Under the pieces are notes generated by a model. That model saw only the letters and a list, made by a program, of their open reading frames with translations, was not told the origin of the DNA and searched no databases. A stretch of DNA of 64,000 bases from NCBI GenBank assembly GCA_963793425.1, contig CAWCAG010000005.1, forward strand, positions 480,001 to 544,000. The letters run 5' to 3'. The translations under genes were made by a program, and so were the position numbers. Shown piece by piece: positions 62,862 to 64,000 of this stretch. The DNA comes from an uncultured cyanobacterium. Its GTDB lineage: Bacteria; Cyanobacteriota; Cyanobacteriia; Cyanobacteriales; CAWCAG01. The number at the start of each line of letters is the position of its first letter. Positions within the stretch are counted from its first letter, which is position 1.

Positions 62862-63074
62862 TTATTTTCCTAAGCTACTCCAAACACCAGCTTCTCCAAT
62901 AACTGGGACGTTCTGGTTGCCAGAATTAGTAAAACCAGCAATGATAGGAATTAATCCGAAAATAAAGGAAGCAATAACTACCAAGAAAATTGTACTAAGA
63001 GAAGAATGGTCGCCAGAAACAGAGGAAGCGCTTAGTACAGAGGAATTGTTGTGTTTAATATCTTGGCTGTTCAT
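62862..63074 (-). CDS. Small single-TM hypothetical protein
   Basis: 70-aa ORF with one hydrophobic helix (TIFLVVIASFIFGLIPIIAGF). Confidence 0.6.
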   Translation of the reverse strand: MNSQDIKHNNSSVLSASSVSGDHSSLSTIFLVVIASFIFGLIPIIAGFTNSGNQNVPVIGEAGVWSSLGK

Positions 63075-63127
63075 AATGAATTAATTGAATTATCTTTATG
63101 TACATCCTACATCGTTTCAGGTAAAAA

Positions 63128-63141
63128 GTAGCAGTTGTTAC
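63128..63141. promoter_or_regulatory. NtcA-binding site
   Basis: GTA-GCAGTTGT-TAC, exact consensus followed by A. Confidence 0.65.
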
Positions 63142-63545
63142 AGAAATATATTTACAGTTCGTGATTTCTCTGTCTAAACTTTAAGGATATTTAGTTGTAT
63201 AAGTACAGGTTATGCAATAGGCTCTTGAAAATCATGATTCTTAAAGTTACACAACTTCATAACTTGACAAGAATCAAGAAAATTATTCTTGTCAAACCCA
63301 GTAAATTCGTGGTTTAATCAATATTAGCGAAATGTCACTTTGGGGTTTTTATAGCTAAAAGTAGTTTTCAGGCTTTACAAGCTCGATAAGACGTTGTTAA
63401 CAAAAAGAAAATTATTTAATTAAGGGTAAGATGACGAACAAAGTTTTGTAACAAAATCAAATTTGGTTTGACAAAACCGCACTTTCATGAATCAGAAGGT
63501 TTTTTAGTTACCACTTCACCATCACCTCATCAATCCCAAAACTCA

Positions 63546-64000
63546 TCATCTAAAAAACAGCACTGGAATATGAGAACGCCGTAGAACTTGAGCCGTAGTG
63601 CTACCGAGAACTAAATGGCGGATGCGACTGTGACCATAAGCTCCCATAATTAAAAAATCAATATCCTCTTTGTTAGCATAGTCAACAATCGCTACATCAG
63701 AATCACCTTGTAGTAGTTGGCAAACTGGCTTAAACCCCCATTCAATCAAGCTTGTTTCTGCTTTTTCTAAACGGGCGATGGCAACTTTGTCTTCATATTT
63801 TTTAGCTACGGTAATCACATGAAGTTCTAAGTTTTTAAAAACAGGTGTCTGTCCGATAAATTGTAATGCTTGCTTGCTGCTTTTGCCCCCGTCATAAGCG
63901 AACAAAACCTTTTTTATGGGATGGAAGTCGCGGGAAGTGACTAAACAAGGTTTATGGCTAGAACGAGCAATCCGTTCTAGGTTCGCCCCTAAATGTTCTG
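63546..64000 (-). CDS. Universal stress protein (tandem USP), 3' part
   Basis: Frame open to the window edge: EHLGANLERIARSSHKPCLV...VLFAYDGG...MGAYGHSRIRHLVLGSTT. Confidence 0.92.
   Translation of the reverse strand, partial: EHLGANLERIARSSHKPCLVTSRDFHPIKKVLFAYDGGKSSKQALQFIGQTPVFKNLELHVITVAKKYEDKVAIARLEKAETSLIEWGFKPVCQLLQGDSDVAIVDYANKEDIDFLIMGAYGHSRIRHLVLGSTTAQVLRRSHIPVLFFR

Noticed and set aside
1024..63781. Frequent GCGATCGC octamers as a special array
   Set aside because: This is the ordinary cyanobacterial HIP1 sequence, useful only as a taxonomic clue.
1..64000. Complete DGR cassette (RT, avd, template repeat)
   Set aside because: No reverse transcriptase ORF and no AAC-rich second copy of the VR was seen in this window.

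Overview
AT-rich cyanobacterial chromosomal segment (many HIP1 GCGATCGC octamers, psaF/psaJ, crtQ, ycf39, NtcA/NtcB boxes; NrtP rather than NrtABCD suggests a marine or saline lineage, which is inference). It is mostly core metabolism (pyrD, invertase, aroC, nadK, tsaD, gpsA, purK, pyrC-like, nirA-nrtP-narB) with accessory modules between the core genes. The most notable are: (i) a Ser/Thr kinase-FGE/CLec gene whose 3' end looks like a diversity-generating-retroelement variable region followed by a GCGAAGC mini-hairpin, with no RT or TR in the window (a candidate remote DGR target), sitting in a Uma2 cluster and bracketed by direct repeats; (ii) a TetR-MFP-RND efflux locus whose permease runs in frame into a glutaredoxin plus tandem AhpD-like redox module; (iii) a soluble histidine kinase with a NarX/PilJ-type nitrate-sensing motif and a perfect NtcA box, 6 kb from the nitrate assimilation genes; (iv) a cNMP/degenerate-AAA+/polyferredoxin membrane protein; (v) a RAYT transposase flanked by inverted GTAG REPs. 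Several +1 frameshifts look like consensus artefacts, so the pseudogene calls and the RND fusion need read-level checks. No rRNA, tRNA or CRISPR array was found.
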